Assembly (NCBI GenBank): GCA_030390025.1
Contig: CM059432.1
Coordinates: 11,408,001 to 11,472,000, forward strand
Origin: Squalus acanthias
Lineage: Eukaryota
DNA: 64,000 nucleotides
Direction: 5' to 3'
This document shows, piece by piece, positions 1 to 13,300 of the stretch. A program made the translations under genes and the position numbers. The notes beneath the pieces were generated by a model. The model had not been told where the DNA came from, made no database searches, and saw only the letters and a program-made list of their open reading frames with translations. The first letter of the stretch is position 1. Every line of letters starts with the position of its first letter.

Positions 1-1116
1 AGTTCTTCTGGCTATTTTCATTTCATGCTGAAATTCAGTAACAGGAATAGCCCTTGAAGGAAAAAGTATATATTTGCTTCTCAAAATGATGCTGGACCAT
101 TCCTAAACTATTGCTGGTGTAAGTTTTTGTTCCAGAAGTTTACATCTAACTAATGAGCATTTTATTGATAAAATTGAAATAAAAATGTTGAAGCAGTAGG
201 GGGTTGCCTCAAATACAGTCTTTTGATTTATATTGTTGCAATGACCAGTCTAATTGAGGAAAGGATTGACACTGGAATTTAAACGCAAACTTCATTGTGC
301 CTTTTTTTTAAAGGAAAGACTGCATGGGTTCGGTTTCTTTGGCCTGACAGGTGTCAGTGAAGAATGTTGCTTTTCCTCTTAGTTTGAGTCCTGTATGTTG
401 TGTATCCAGGGTGAATGGCACTGCATTAATGATTTTTGGCATTTAATCTGGTAACTGCCTTGTCTTTGTTGAAGTATTCAAAATGTTCTAGCTATCGATG
501 AACTATTATTGGAACCTTGATTATCCACCACAATGGAGCTTGGGAGGAATATGGTGCCACCAGTAAAGCATTTTAAGCCAGAATTCTTGATTCCGGCAGG
601 TGGTGTTAGGAACACAGGAACAGGAGTAGGCCATTCATCCCCTCGAGTTGTTAACGTTCAGTGCATGAGGGCTTTTAAGATGGCTGATAAATTGCCTGTT
701 CCAGCAATAGCAAAGGCAGAATAACAGAGATGGGTCAAAGAAAAAAATTGCTACCATCCCGAATCCCAGTGTTCCAACAATCTCAAAATTTCTCACATGA
801 TGAAGAATGTAGATAACGAGAGCATGAATAATTGAAGTTGTGTTGCGCTGTTAACTTTTTTTTAAGTTGCTGTAATTTTATTGCAAAGTATATAAAGCAT
901 TTAAAATAAACTTGTATTTCCAATTTATTCATTCTTTTAAATAGAAGAAATATTTCATGACCCAACAAATCCAATTGGGGGAGGGAGAGTTCTTTGGACA
1001 ATTGCCATTTTTAGTCTATGACATTTTGTTTCCATGCCGTAGAGTTAAACCTTGCTGTTTTGACTAGACAATACTGCAGGAGGTTGATTTTGTTAATGCT
1101 TTTGATTCTCTGTTAA

Positions 1117-4100
1117 CAAATTATAGACCTGTTAGTCTAACATCTGTTGTGAGGAAGTTATTGGAATCTATAATTAAGGACAGAATGACTGAGCACTTAG
1201 AGAAATTTGAGCTGATTAGAGAGAGCCAACATGGATTTGTAAAGGGTAGGTCATGTCTAGCGAACTTAATTGAATTTTTTGAGGAAGTAACTAAAGTTGT
1301 AGACAGGGGAATGTCTATGGCTGTAATTTAGAACATAAGAAATAGGAGCAGGAGTAGGCCATTCGGCCCCTCGAGCTTGCTCCACCATTCAATAAGATCA
1401 TGGCTGATCTTCTACCTCAACTCCACCTTCCCGCACTGTCCCCATATCCCTTGATTCCCTTAGTATCCATCTTTGTAGAGAATTTCAAAGATTCACAACC
1501 CTCCGAGTGAAGAAATTTCTCCTCATCTCAGTCCTAAATGGCCGACCCCCTTATCCTGAGACTATGACCCCTAATTCTAGACTCTCCAGCCAGGGGAAAC
1601 ATCCTCCCAGCATCTACCCTGTCGAGCCCCTTAAGAATTTTATATGTTTCAATGAGATCACCTCTCAATCTTCCAAACGCTATGGAATATAGGCCTAGTC
1701 TACTCAATCTCTCTTAGGACATCCCAGGAATCAATCTATTCATCCTTTGCTGAATTCTAAAATCCTCCCAAATCCTCAGGTTTACTACTTTTTGTGGCAG
1801 CGTTATAAGCTACTTCCTTTAATCTAATACCATCTTTAACTTCTCTGGTTAGCCACGATTGGACCACTTTTCCCATGGGGATTTTATTCCTTAAGGGAAT
1901 GTAAATCATTATGAATTATGAATTATTTCTTTAAATGTTTGCCATTGCTCTCCTCATGTCTTTAATCTAGTTTCCCAATCTACCTGAGCCAACGCGCCCC
2001 TCATACCTACGTAGTTTGCTTTGTTCAGATTTAAGACCCGAGTTTCGAGCTTAACTAAATCACTCTTAAACTCAAGATAAAATTCTATAATATTATGGTC
2101 ACTCTACCCCAGAGACTCCTTTACTACAAGGTTATTAATTAACCCTATTTCATTGCACAATACTAGATGTAAAATGGCCTCTTCCCTAGTTGGTTCCTCG
2201 ACATACTGATCTAGAAAACTATCTTGAATGCATTCTATGAACTCATTCTCTGCACTATTACTGCAAATTTGGTTTGCCCAGTTTACATGAAGATTAAAGT
2301 CCCCCATGATTACTGTATTACCCTTGTTACATGCACCTCTAATTTCCTGATCTATACTGTGCCCAACACGACAACGACTTAGAGGGCCTCTAAGCTACTC
2401 CCCACCAGTGTTTTCTGCCCCTTGTTGTTTCTTAGCTCCATCCAAAGTGATTCTACATATTGATTTTCTGAGCCAAGATCCTTTCTCTCTACTGTCTTTA
2501 TCCCATCCTTTATTATCAGGGCTACCCCCCTCCTTTTCCAATTTGCCTATATCTTATAAAAGTGAAGTCTCTGGAATATTTAGTTCCCAACCTTGGTCAC
2601 TCTGCAACCATGTCTCCATAATGGCTATTAGATCAAACCCATTAATTTTTTACTGTACTATTAATTCATCTATTTTGTTGAGAATGCTTCACACATTTAG
2701 ATATAATGCCTTTAGCTTTAATGTTTTTCTGTTTCCCTGATGTCACCTTAGTCTCTAATGACCTATTACCTTTGTTAAGCGCTGTCCCTTCCTGACACTA
2801 CTCTGCTCTACAGCCTTGACATTTCTCTTACTGCTTTTGGATTTACCCTTTTCTGAACCACCCCTCACCCCCGCCCTGTGTACCTCCCTAGTTATTCAAT
2901 TCTTCAGGACACTGGAGCCTGTCCCAATGGGACAGCTCCGTCTTTCTCCAGAACTGGTGCCGGTGAGGTTCTGCGTTTTAATTTGGACCCTAGCTCTTCA
3001 AATTTTCTCAGCAGAACCTCATTCCTAGTTCTACCTATGTCGTTGGTTCCTGTGTGGACCACGACAACCGCCCCCAACCCCACTCCAAGTTCTTCTCCAG
3101 CCACGAGGCGATGTCCTTAACCCTGGCACCAGGCAGGCAACGCAACCTGCTGTCAAAGAAGCCTTGGAGAGTTGCTGCAGTACATCTTGTAGATGGTACA
3201 CACTGCAGCCAAGATGCGCCGGTGGTGGAGGGAGTGAATGTTTAAGGTGGTCGATGGGATGCCAGTCAAGTGGACTGCCTTGTCCTGGATGGTGTCGAGC
3301 TTCTTGAGTGTTGTTGGAAAGGCTTTTGGGAGTCAGGTGAGTCACTTGCCACAGAATACCCAGCCTCTGACCTGCTCTTGTAGCCACGGTATGTATGTGG
3401 TTGGTCCAGTTAAATTTCTGGTCAATGGTGACCCCTCCCCCCTCCCCCCCCACTCCCGAGGATGTTGATAGTGGGGGATTCGACAATGGTTATGCCGTTG
3501 CATGTCAAGGGGACGTGGTTAGACTCTCTCTTGTTGGAGATGGTCATTGCCTGGCACTTGTGTAGCGCGAATGTTACTTGCCACTTATCAGCCCAAGCCT
3601 CGATATTGGTGGCATAGTAAGTAGTGTAGACAGGTGCATAAAATTACGAAGAGACATTGATAGATTAAGTGAGTGGGCAAAACTGTGGCAGATGGATTTC
3701 AACGCAGGTAAGTGTGAGATCACTTATTTTGGACCAAAAAAGGATAGATCGAGTATTTTTTACTGGTGAAATGGTGGAGTTCCAAAGAGATTTAGGTGTC
3801 CATGTACACAGATCACTAAAATGTAGCAGTCAGATACAAAAAATAATCAAAAAGACTAATGGAATGTTAGTCTTTATAACTAGAGGGCTAGAATATAGAG
3901 GAGGAAGTTTTGCTCCAGCTATACAAAGCCCTGGTTAGACCATATCTGGAGCACAGTGTACAGTTCTGGGCACCGCACCTTAGAAAAGATATATTGGCCT
4001 TGGATGGAGTGCAGCGCAGATTCACCAGAATGTTACCAGGGCTCCAAGGGTTAGATTATGAGGAGAGATTACATAAACTAGGCTTATATTCCCTGGAATA

Positions 4101-4445
4101 TAGAAGGTTAAGGGGTGATTTGATTGAGGTTTTTAGGATTTTGAAAGGAATTGATAGGGTAGATAGAGAGAGAGAGTTTTTCCCACCGGTGGTGGAGTCT
4201 CGGACAAAGGGACATGACCTTAAAATCAGAGCCAGGCCATTCAGGAGAGAAGTTAGCAAACACTTCTCCACGCAAAGGGTGGTAGAAGTGTGAAACTCTC
4301 TCCCACAAAAGGCTAGCTCAATTAATAATTTTAAATCTGAGATCGATAGATTTTTGCTAGCCAAGGCAGGTGGATGGAGTTAGGATACAGATCCACCATG
4401 ATCTCATTGAATTGTGAAACAGGCTCAAGGGGCTGAATGACCTAA
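1117..4445. mobile_element. Cluster of nested, degenerate CR1-clade LINE fragments in both orientations (RT, endonuclease, ORF1 esterase pieces and 3' ends)
   Basis: ORF fragments SQHGFVKGRSCL (1149), GDFNLH/DQYVEEPTRE (2104, -), HTGTNDIG esterase (2904, -), LYKALVRPYLE..RRLRGDLIE (3910); many stops and frameshifts. Confidence 0.85.
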
Positions 4446-5107
4446 TGTAAATGGGATAATATGGTGCACATATGTTAATGATATTTGAATAATTTCATTT
4501 TCGAAAAGCATGTCTTGCCACTAAAATGCCATGACCACCTGTATGGATCTAATACTGACTGTACCCATGCCGTCCTATAAAGGGGATGAAATTTGATGAA
4601 CCTTTAAATCCATATCCAAAACATAAAAAGAAAATGGTTTGAGTTTTTTTTAATTGGCACAGTCAAAGTTGATCTGTGAACTTTTAAATTAACACTCGGG
4701 CAGTTACAACCTCACTACGTAATTATCACAGGAAATGTAAATTCAGGCCAGGAGTTATTTACGTCTTAATTAGCTTAACGAGACACTGGTGTATAAAACA
4801 CTATCCTGTCAACAGGCATTGGTCTATAGATCATCATCAATATAGTTTCATACGTCACATCATCCTGTTTACCAACTGCGACTGGTATTGGACCAACTTG
4901 TTTAATTTTAGAGTTGAGTGTATTGGTTATAACCAAATATAATACTGGTATTAGCACAGCAGAATCCTGCCACCCACTGTATAACCTGTGGAATTTTAAA
5001 CTGTGCGGGCAGAAGAGTTGAAACTCCTTTTTGTTTTGTACATGTTGTTTTAGTGAATTGTTAATCAGTAGTGTACTATTTATGTAACTGTTGCTTCTTT
5101 TCAATAG

Positions 5108-5161
5108 GAAGGGTGCCTGTGCCCATCAGATAGCACAGTATCTCGTCACGGTGCTTCAGAG
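5108..5161 (+). CDS. LDLRAD4: LDLRAD4 penultimate coding exon (54 nt, EGCLCPSDSTVSRHGASE)
   Basis: ttcaatag acceptor, gtatgc donor, phase 0/0; resembles the vertebrate LDLRAD4 EGCLWPSDS..GASE exon and joins in frame to the last exon. Confidence 0.88.
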
Positions 5162-5518
5162 GTATGCTCCAGCTATATGTTCCATATATAAAGTTGTATT
5201 TCAATACTATGAAACAGTTCTCTATATTGTCTGAAATGTGCAAACCATCAGAAAATTGAAGAGTAATGATGCAGTTTAAATATGATCATACAAAATATAC
5301 CAGCAAGGGTGGGATGACCACCTGTTCTCCAATCCAAAACTAGATGTACAAACCCCAACCTGTTTGTATATGAATGATTAGCTCCTTCCATTTTCCATGT
5401 TTGCAAACCCAAGCTGTTTTATAGATCAAAGCGCGGCATTTTCTGCCCAGTTCTCATTTATTATTGCTACAATTGCTAAATGGCCCAGGGGGGTTAGTTA
5501 ATTCTAAGTCCTATATCT

Positions 5519-6427
5519 CAGTGGTTCTCAAACTGGTGTCCGCAGACCTCTGGGGGTCCGTAGAGACTTTCCAGGTGGTCTGCGAAATAATGTGATAATA
5601 TTCGTTATACTCGAACTTTTCCCAAACCAGTTGTGTGGGATCATCTTGGATCATTAATGTTGGCAAGTTGAAACCGCCGCTGGGTCGAATCAAGCCGAAA
5701 TCCCGTTACCGCGGCAGCACTGATTTATGTGTCAGAAAGTTCTGGAAAAGTTGCGTGGTGGAGGGAGCGGGGCTGTTGGAGACCCGGGGCCCATCTGGTT
5801 GCCCGGCTGTTGTTTTTTGGGGGGAGGTGAGAGGAGAGTTCAGGTTCGCAAGTCACTGGCTGGAGACGGCAGAGTGTGGACTGGCTGAGAGCTGGAAATG
5901 CAAGGACTTGTTCCTGACCCGCTAGGAACGCCCTGACCTCGAAAAGAACAAGTTTGTTTGATGTGGATGTCGGCAGACGATCCCAATCACTCGAGCAGCT
6001 GTATTTTTTGGGAGGTTTCTTTTTCGTCTTGAGTTCTTTAGCTCTTTGGCATTGAATTAAAATTGAGGCTTTTGGTAATTTCAAATATATATATTTTTTA
6101 AAGTTTTGTAATTAAAATTCGTAGATGAGCAGTAGTTGTTAGGACGATACTTAAAATTAATAACAAGTAGGAAAGTGAACAGCAGGCGCAGCTTTAAATA
6201 AATTGTCAAACATCACACCTCGGATAGACTGTAGTGAGCAGCAGGCACACCCATCTCAATGATATCTAAGTAAATACCTGTTTTCTTAAAAGCATTATTA
6301 AAACACTCTTTACACACGGCACTTTCATATTCTGAGTATTAGATAGTGTTATAATTTAGATGGAGGTCCGTGATTGCTAATCCATTTGAAAAGGGGTCCT
6401 GCAACCAAAAAAGTTTGAGAACCGCTG
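5519..6427. mobile_element. Non-autonomous hAT (Charlie-like) DNA transposon
   Basis: TIRs CAGTGGTTCTCAAAC ... GTTTGAGAACCGCTG; imperfect 8-bp flanking duplication ctatatct / ctttagct; no transposase ORF. Confidence 0.75.
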
Positions 6428-7261
6428 CTTTAGCTTATCAAGTATCTCTGCCACACTGATTTCAAATTCCTCTGGTATACTGGATGTACAAAAAAAATAG
6501 AAAGCAAGCTAATATTATCCTCTTTAATGAACAATTCCACAATATTTAGAAACTTTTATCTTCAGTTTCACTGCTACTTTCATCTTTTCTAATTTTAACT
6601 TCATCTTTAACTACCTTTTTATTCTGGTACTTGAAAAATGTTTCACATCTCATCTCTTTGCCTTCTTCAAAACTCCAAAATCTATTTTCATCTTTAACAG
6701 ATTATTCTACTCCTCCCAGTGTTCCCCATTGCATTTTTCCTTGTTGGGGTTGTGTAGATTGCTTTTTCCTTAATCCCATTTCTATTGCTCTTTTTATCCA
6801 TTTGGGGAACTGCTTGATTAGCTTACACTTATTTTTCTTGGGTAACTACTTATCTTTTATATTCCACAGTACAGTTTTAAAAGTGTTCAGTGTTTTTCTT
6901 CTGGTATCTTTTAAAGTACGTAACGGTTGGTTTATTTTAGTTCATCCTCATTGCTTTAAAGTTTATCTTTTTTTAAATTGCCCTTGGCTCTTACTGCAGG
7001 ATCATCTTTAACTTTGGGTGCTGTGATATTACAGATACTGATCTGTTTAGTGCAGGGTGTAACTGGCAGATCCAAATTACACTGCTGGCTGCAGCTCCCA
7101 GCTTTTAATGTTAGGAGAGTACTCGCTTGTACCAGTTACACCTGGTGAGAACCCCAAGAATAATCTAAGTCAGATTGCCAATTTGACTCCCAAATTATAG
7201 TGCCACTTTTGCATTGACTCACTTTTAAATCCAGATGCCGTTATCACAATGGTGCTAGTCT

Positions 7262-9642
7262 TACTGAAGGACAAAGCTGCCAGTCTGGGCCTGCGACAGG
7301 TGGTGAGAGAACCAACACGAGGGAAAAACCTACTTGACCTCATCCTCACCAATCTACCTGTCGCAGATGCATCTGTCCATGACAGTATTGGTAGCAGTGA
7401 CCACCGCACAGCCATTGTGGAGACGAAGTCCCGTCTTCACACTGAGGACACCCTCCATCGTGTTGTGTGGCACTACCACCGTGCTAAATGGGATAGATTC
7501 AGAACAAAGCAGCTCAAAACTGGGCATCCATGAGGCGCTGTGGGCCATCAGCAGCAGCAGAATAGTATTCCACCACAATCTGTAAACTCATGGCCTGGCA
7601 TATCCCTCACTCTACCATTACCATCAAGCCAGGGGACCAACCCTGGTTCAATAAGGAGTGTAGAAGAGCATGCCAGGAGCAGCACCAGGCGTACTTAAAA
7701 ATGAGGTGCCAACAAGGGGAAGCTGCAACACAGGACTACATGCACGCTAAAAAGCGGAAGCAGCATGCTATAGACAGCGCTAAGCGATCCCACAATCAAC
7801 GGATCAGAAAAGCTCTGCAGTCCTGCCACATCCAGTTGTGAATGGTGGTGGACCATTAAACAACTAACGGGAGGAGGAGGCTCCATGAATATCTCCATCC
7901 TCAATGATGGTGGAGCCCAGCACGTGAGTGCAAAAGACAAGGCTGAAGCGTTTGCAACCATCTTCAGCCAGAAGTGCCGAGTGGATGATCCATATCGGCC
8001 TCCTCCTGAGGTCCCCACCATCACAGAAGCCAGTCTTCAGCCAATTTGATTCACTCCACGTGATATCAAGAAACAGCTGAGCGCACTGGATACAGCAAAC
8101 GCTATGGGCCCTGACAACATCCCGGCTATTGTGCTGAAGACTTGTGCTCCAGAACTAGCCGCGCCTCCAGCCAAGCTGTTCCAGTACAGCTACAACACTG
8201 GCATCTATCTGACGGTGTGGAAAACTGCCCAGGTATGTCCTGTCCACACAAAGCAGGACAAATCCAATCCGGCCAATTACCGCCCCATCAGTCTACTCTC
8301 AATCATCAGTAAAGTGATGGAAGGTGTCATCGACAGTGCTATCAAGTGGCACTTACTCACCAATAACCTGCTCACTGATGCCCAGTTTGGGTTCCGCCAA
8401 GACCACTTGGCTGCCGACCTCATTACAGCCTTGGTCCAAACATGGACAAGAGAGCTGAATTCCAGAGGTGAGAGTGACTGCCCTTGAAATCAAGGCAGCA
8501 TTTGACCGAGTGTGACATGAAGGAGCCCTAGTAAAACTGAAGTCAATGGGAATTGGGGGGAAAACCCTCCACTGGCTGGAGTCATACCTACCATAAAGGA
8601 AGATGGTTGTGGTGATTGAAGGTCAATCATCACAGTCCCAGGTCATCGCTGCAGGAGTTCCTCAGGGCAGTGTCCTAGGCCCAACCATCTTCAGCTGCTT
8701 CATCAATGACGTTCCCTCCAACTTAAAATCAGAAATGGGGATGTTCGCTGATGACTGCACAGTGTTCAGTGCCATTCACAGATAATGAAGCAGTCCATGC
8801 CCGCATGCAACAAGACCTGAACGACGTTCAGGCTTGGGCTGATAAGTGGCAGGTAACATTCACGCCACAGAAGTGCCAGGCAATGACTGTCTCCAACAAG
8901 AGAGAGTCTAACCACCGCCCCATGAATTCAATGGCATTACCATCGCCGAATACCCCACCATCAACATCCTGGGGGGTCACCATTGACCAGAAACTTAACT
9001 GGACCAGCCACATAAATACTGTGGCAACAAGAGCAGGTCAGAGGCTAGGTATTCTGCAGCGAGTGTCTCACCTCCTGACTCCCCAAAGCCTTTCCACCAT
9101 CTACAAGGCACAAGTCAGGAGTGTGATGGAATACTCTCCACTTGCCTGGATGAGTGCAGCTCCAACAACACTCAAGAAGCTCGACACCATCCAGAACAAA
9201 GTAGCCCGCTTGATTGGCACCCCATCTACCACCTTAAATATTCACTCCCTCCGCCACCGGCGTACCGTGGCTGCAGTGTGTACCATCTACAAGATGCACT
9301 GCAGCAACTCGCCAAGGCTTCTTTGGCAGCACCTCCCAAACCCGCGATCTCTTCCACCTAGAAGGACAAGGGCAGCAGATGCATGGGAACACCACCACTT
9401 CCAAGTTCCCCTCCAAGTCACACACCATCCTGACTTAGAAGTATATCGCCGATCCTTCATCGTCGCTGGGTCAAAATCCTGGAACTCCCTCCCTAACAGC
9501 ACTGTGGGAGTACCTTCACCACACGGACTGCAGCGGTTCAAGAAGGCGGCTCACCACCACCTTCTCAAGGGCAATTAGGGATGGGCAATAAATGTTGGCC
9601 TTGCCAGCGACGCCCACATCCCATAAACGAATTTAAAAAAAA
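7262..9642 (+). mobile_element. 5'-truncated CR1-clade LINE (second family), ORF2 broken by frameshifts and stops
   Basis: Endonuclease end (LDLILTN..SDH), RT motifs NYRPISLLS, QFGFR, GVPQGSVLGP, FADD, KAQVRSVMEYSPLAW; ends in an A-rich tail. Confidence 0.88.
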
Positions 9643-9846
9643 TAACTGGTGGTCTTAAACATACTTTGGTCACTAGTACACAGAAGCTTAATATTCATTC
9701 TTATAAAGATTAAAGATACATTAGACAGTTACATTCCTGAGGTCTGCTTTTAAAATGCGTACTGTAATTTTAAATGACATAAAAAATCATCTCTTGTTAT
9801 CTCAGTACAAATACAATCCTAAGATGTTTAATTTTTTTGCTTTCAG

Positions 9847-10386
9847 TTAATGTATACTCCAAGATCAAGGGACAGATTTTCAGCTCCATCGTTCATGCAG
9901 AGGGAACGCTTTAGCCGCTTCCAACCCACGTACCCCTACATGCAACATGAGATTGATCTTCCTCCCACCATTTCACTGTCAGACGGAGAGGAACCTCCTC
10001 CATATCAGGGGCTGTGCACATTGCAACTTCGAGATCCAGAACAGCAAATGGAGCTCAACCGTGAGTCCGTCAGGGCTCCGCCCAACAGAACCATCTTTGA
10101 TAGTGACTTGATTGATGTCTCTGTGTATAATGGAGGACCGCGCCCCCCAAGCAGCAATTCGGGCATAAGTGCAACCAATTATAGCAGTAATGGGAGGATG
10201 GAAGGACCGCCACCCACTTACAGCGAGGTCATGGGTCACTACCCAGGGTCAGCTTTTTTCCATCACCAGCACAGCACACCTCCTTCAACACACGGGGGCA
10301 GCGGACATCACTTTCAGCAGAACAGTGAAGACAGTACAATTGTCCCATTCAGAGGGAAGGACTCGCACACAGGAAAAATAGTTTGA
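9847..10386 (+). CDS. LDLRAD4: LDLRAD4 last coding exon (cytoplasmic domain with PY motifs and Smad-interacting motif)
   Basis: tttcag acceptor; [58 protein letters not shown] typical of PMEPA1/LDLRAD4; C-terminus [14 protein letters not shown] and the neighbouring genes favour LDLRAD4; TGA stop. Confidence 0.93.
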   Translation, partial: LMYTPRSRDRFSAPSFMQRERFSRFQPTYPYMQHEIDLPPTISLSDGEEPPPYQGLCTLQLRDPEQQMELNRESVRAPPNRTIFDSDLIDVSVYNGGPRPPSSNSGISATNYSSNGRMEGPPPTYSEVMGHYPGSAFFHHQHSTPPSTHGGSGHHFQQNSEDSTIVPFRGKDSHTGKIV

Positions 10387-13300
10387 CCGGCTCTGTGGAT
10401 GCTTGAACTGAAACAGGTGCGGCACCACTGGGCTGCACTCCTGTGGCACAAGATGTTATTTAGTGCAAATTGGTACAGTTTAGTAAAACCAAACAAAAAG
10501 TCCTGTTTGTTTTCTTTGAGGGAGTGCATGATATGTTGATTCTAACAATATAACTTCCACTTTGGCAAACTAGCAGCGTTTGGCAAACAGTTTTTTATCT
10601 GGATTATTTAATTTTAAAGATACTTAACACAGAATTTCTGCTGTTGGCTTGTAGATTTTTTTGTAGTAACTGAATTGCCCGAGATGGATGCTTAAGGTGT
10701 TTAATGATAACTACTTTTTTGGCCAGTTTTGTGATATTTTCAAACAAAAAATTGAAATTCCTTTTGAGTGCCAAGACAAAAAGGTGGAAGAAAAAATGCA
10801 ATGATTTAACTTGTTTGTGAAAAATTGAAATGTTGCACTATTTTCTTGTTTGAGAAAAGGGGAATTGCTTTATGGGGAAATTTAATCTATCTTTGTTGTC
10901 TTCACGCCTGTGGAACTGAGTAGAATTTCTAAGGATGCAGGGGACTAGCGTTTTCAGTGCATGGAGGTTGTTTCTGAAAAGAGAGTTCTGGTTCCAGCCT
11001 AATGCCTATTTACACAGGAAATGGAAAATACAGGGACACAAAATGTTAACTGTCATTGCAATAACTATTAGGAACACCAATACGATGAGAATTTCCAACT
11101 TGAAGTCTACTGGGCGGATGGTAGCTCAAAGCTCAATGACTCCAAGTCTGCAGCTGTTTAGAATGAACAGTGATGCATATTTTCAACTGCTCAAAGATAT
11201 CAGCATATTAGCACATGCTTAACCTTAGTCTCCCAATACATTGAAATTAGTTCAAAGGCGTTATGTGAAGTGGAGTATGTAAGGCATCACAATAAGGTCT
11301 TCATTAGATTACTCTCGAGTAACAGTTTTGACATTTGCAAATGTGCAGTAACTGTTCATTTCATTGTACTGTCTGCAGAAAGAACTTGAATGTTTAGACT
11401 TGGAAAGCTTGTGTTCAATTCCCGAAGTGAAACGTAGATTATAGATTAGTTCTAGTTCAGTCTTGATATGCAGTGACGAAGACTCACGTTACATTTACAC
11501 ATGGATCTATCGGTAGGAGCTTTTTTTCTTAAAATACTCACAACTTAATGTAAAATATTTCTAAACAAATCATACTATGTTTAAACTGCCTGTTGCTTTT
11601 GTAAATTTTCAGACGTTTACCCAACACATTTTGGTCAAAAACTGAGGTTCAGCATGTGCAAGATACTTAAAAGCCCTTCCATGTGAATTTTGACTGTAAT
11701 GTTTTCAATGTGTTCATTTAATTGTTTCTATGTGTATCTATAGAAATTAGAATGAAATATTGCCAGGGACGCACGTATAGGCACTGAGAGTCTCCAAGAG
11801 TGACCTAAAAGTACAGTCTGTGCTGACTGCATTCCTCATTACAAACCGTCAAATTGTGTTTCATTCCTTGTGTTTCCAAACTACCTTTTGAAGTGACCTG
11901 TAAACCGAATACTTGAAACTGTGATGACTTTCACAGTCGACTTTCCTTAGCCCTCCGCAGTTGTAGTTATAAATGCAAAACAGCTGCGGTTTACCAAATT
12001 TCTGCATTATTTGTCACCTCTTGGTTTTTGCCTTTGTACTTTTACAGCCCGTGGAAAACATACAATGAAACTTTTCACGTTAAAAACATTTTTGAGGCTG
12101 TTCTATTTTAAGAAAATGAAGAAAAAATATTCATGTGACTTTGTCCTGAGATACATGATGTTTAGCAGTGAGCAATATGTATTCAACAGGTAATGCTTAT
12201 ATATTTCCACTGCTATGTGGCTACAGATTATTAACTGATACGTGACATTGCAGCGAGATTAGGAAGATATTAATCTTGAGTTGCATAGTGGTAAAAATGA
12301 GTACTGTTTGAATAATAATACACCAGTTCTTTTTACAAATGACTAAAGTATTTTTTTTCCATGCTTGGTAATAAAAATGGGCAGGAATAATTAGCAGGTG
12401 GTGTTCAAAAGACTGGAAAAGTTGTGTAGTTCCATTGTCATAACTTACAGCACATGCAGAATATGATGTAACGTTATCAGTTATTTGGCACAGCCATCTT
12501 ACATGACAGCTCACGAGTAGCAAAGTTGTGAGTGAATTATTTTGAATATTTTCTTAATAATGAAGTGCAGTTTTGCACTAATAAACATTGTGTTTTGTTC
12601 GTATCACGATTGTAAAATGTTTACCTTCCCTTCCCGTGACACCGCACCCGCCTCCTTTTACTCCCGTGCAGGAGCTATAATGTGGAAAGTACAGGTTTAG
12701 AGTTCTCCACACACAGTGCAGTGTTGTGCTTTGAAAAAGGGCCATTAATGGACCCAAATGTCAGTACTAATGACGGTCATTGCACAGTGAACACCATCAT
12801 AATGGGCTAAACATACATTAGACATGCAGTTGTCATGGTATATCCAATCTCTTGTCATTTTTTAGTGAATTCTCTATTAGTAACAAAAAGGTGAAGCTGT
12901 ACAGACGACCTAAATGTTGTGGCAGTTTTTCAATCAATAAAAGAGCATAATTAATGTGAGACTCTCTATAACTGAAGTAGATAACTGCTGCGGATTTGAA
13001 TGGAGAATGGCTAAAACTGAGCAGCAAGTCATCCAGCCAACTTGTCCACTGTTTCCTAGACTTGCCTTTTCGTGTCCTTTTTAATGTTTATACCACAGGT
13101 ACGATTGATTAATAATGTATCTTCTTCAGAGAGCACATTCTTCGTAGACTAATGTGAACATTTATAATTCACCAGTCACACATGTTAGATAAGAGAAGTT
13201 GACAGACAAACCTTGCAATGTTTAGATTAGCTTTAGGTCTGTTTTCTCAAGGGCTATGAAGGATCCTTTTAGAATCTTGCCTCCTACTTTAGCCTTTTCC

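Noticed and set aside
6631..7011. 126-aa hydrophobic ORF
   Set aside because: T-rich intronic sequence with a non-ATG start and no motif
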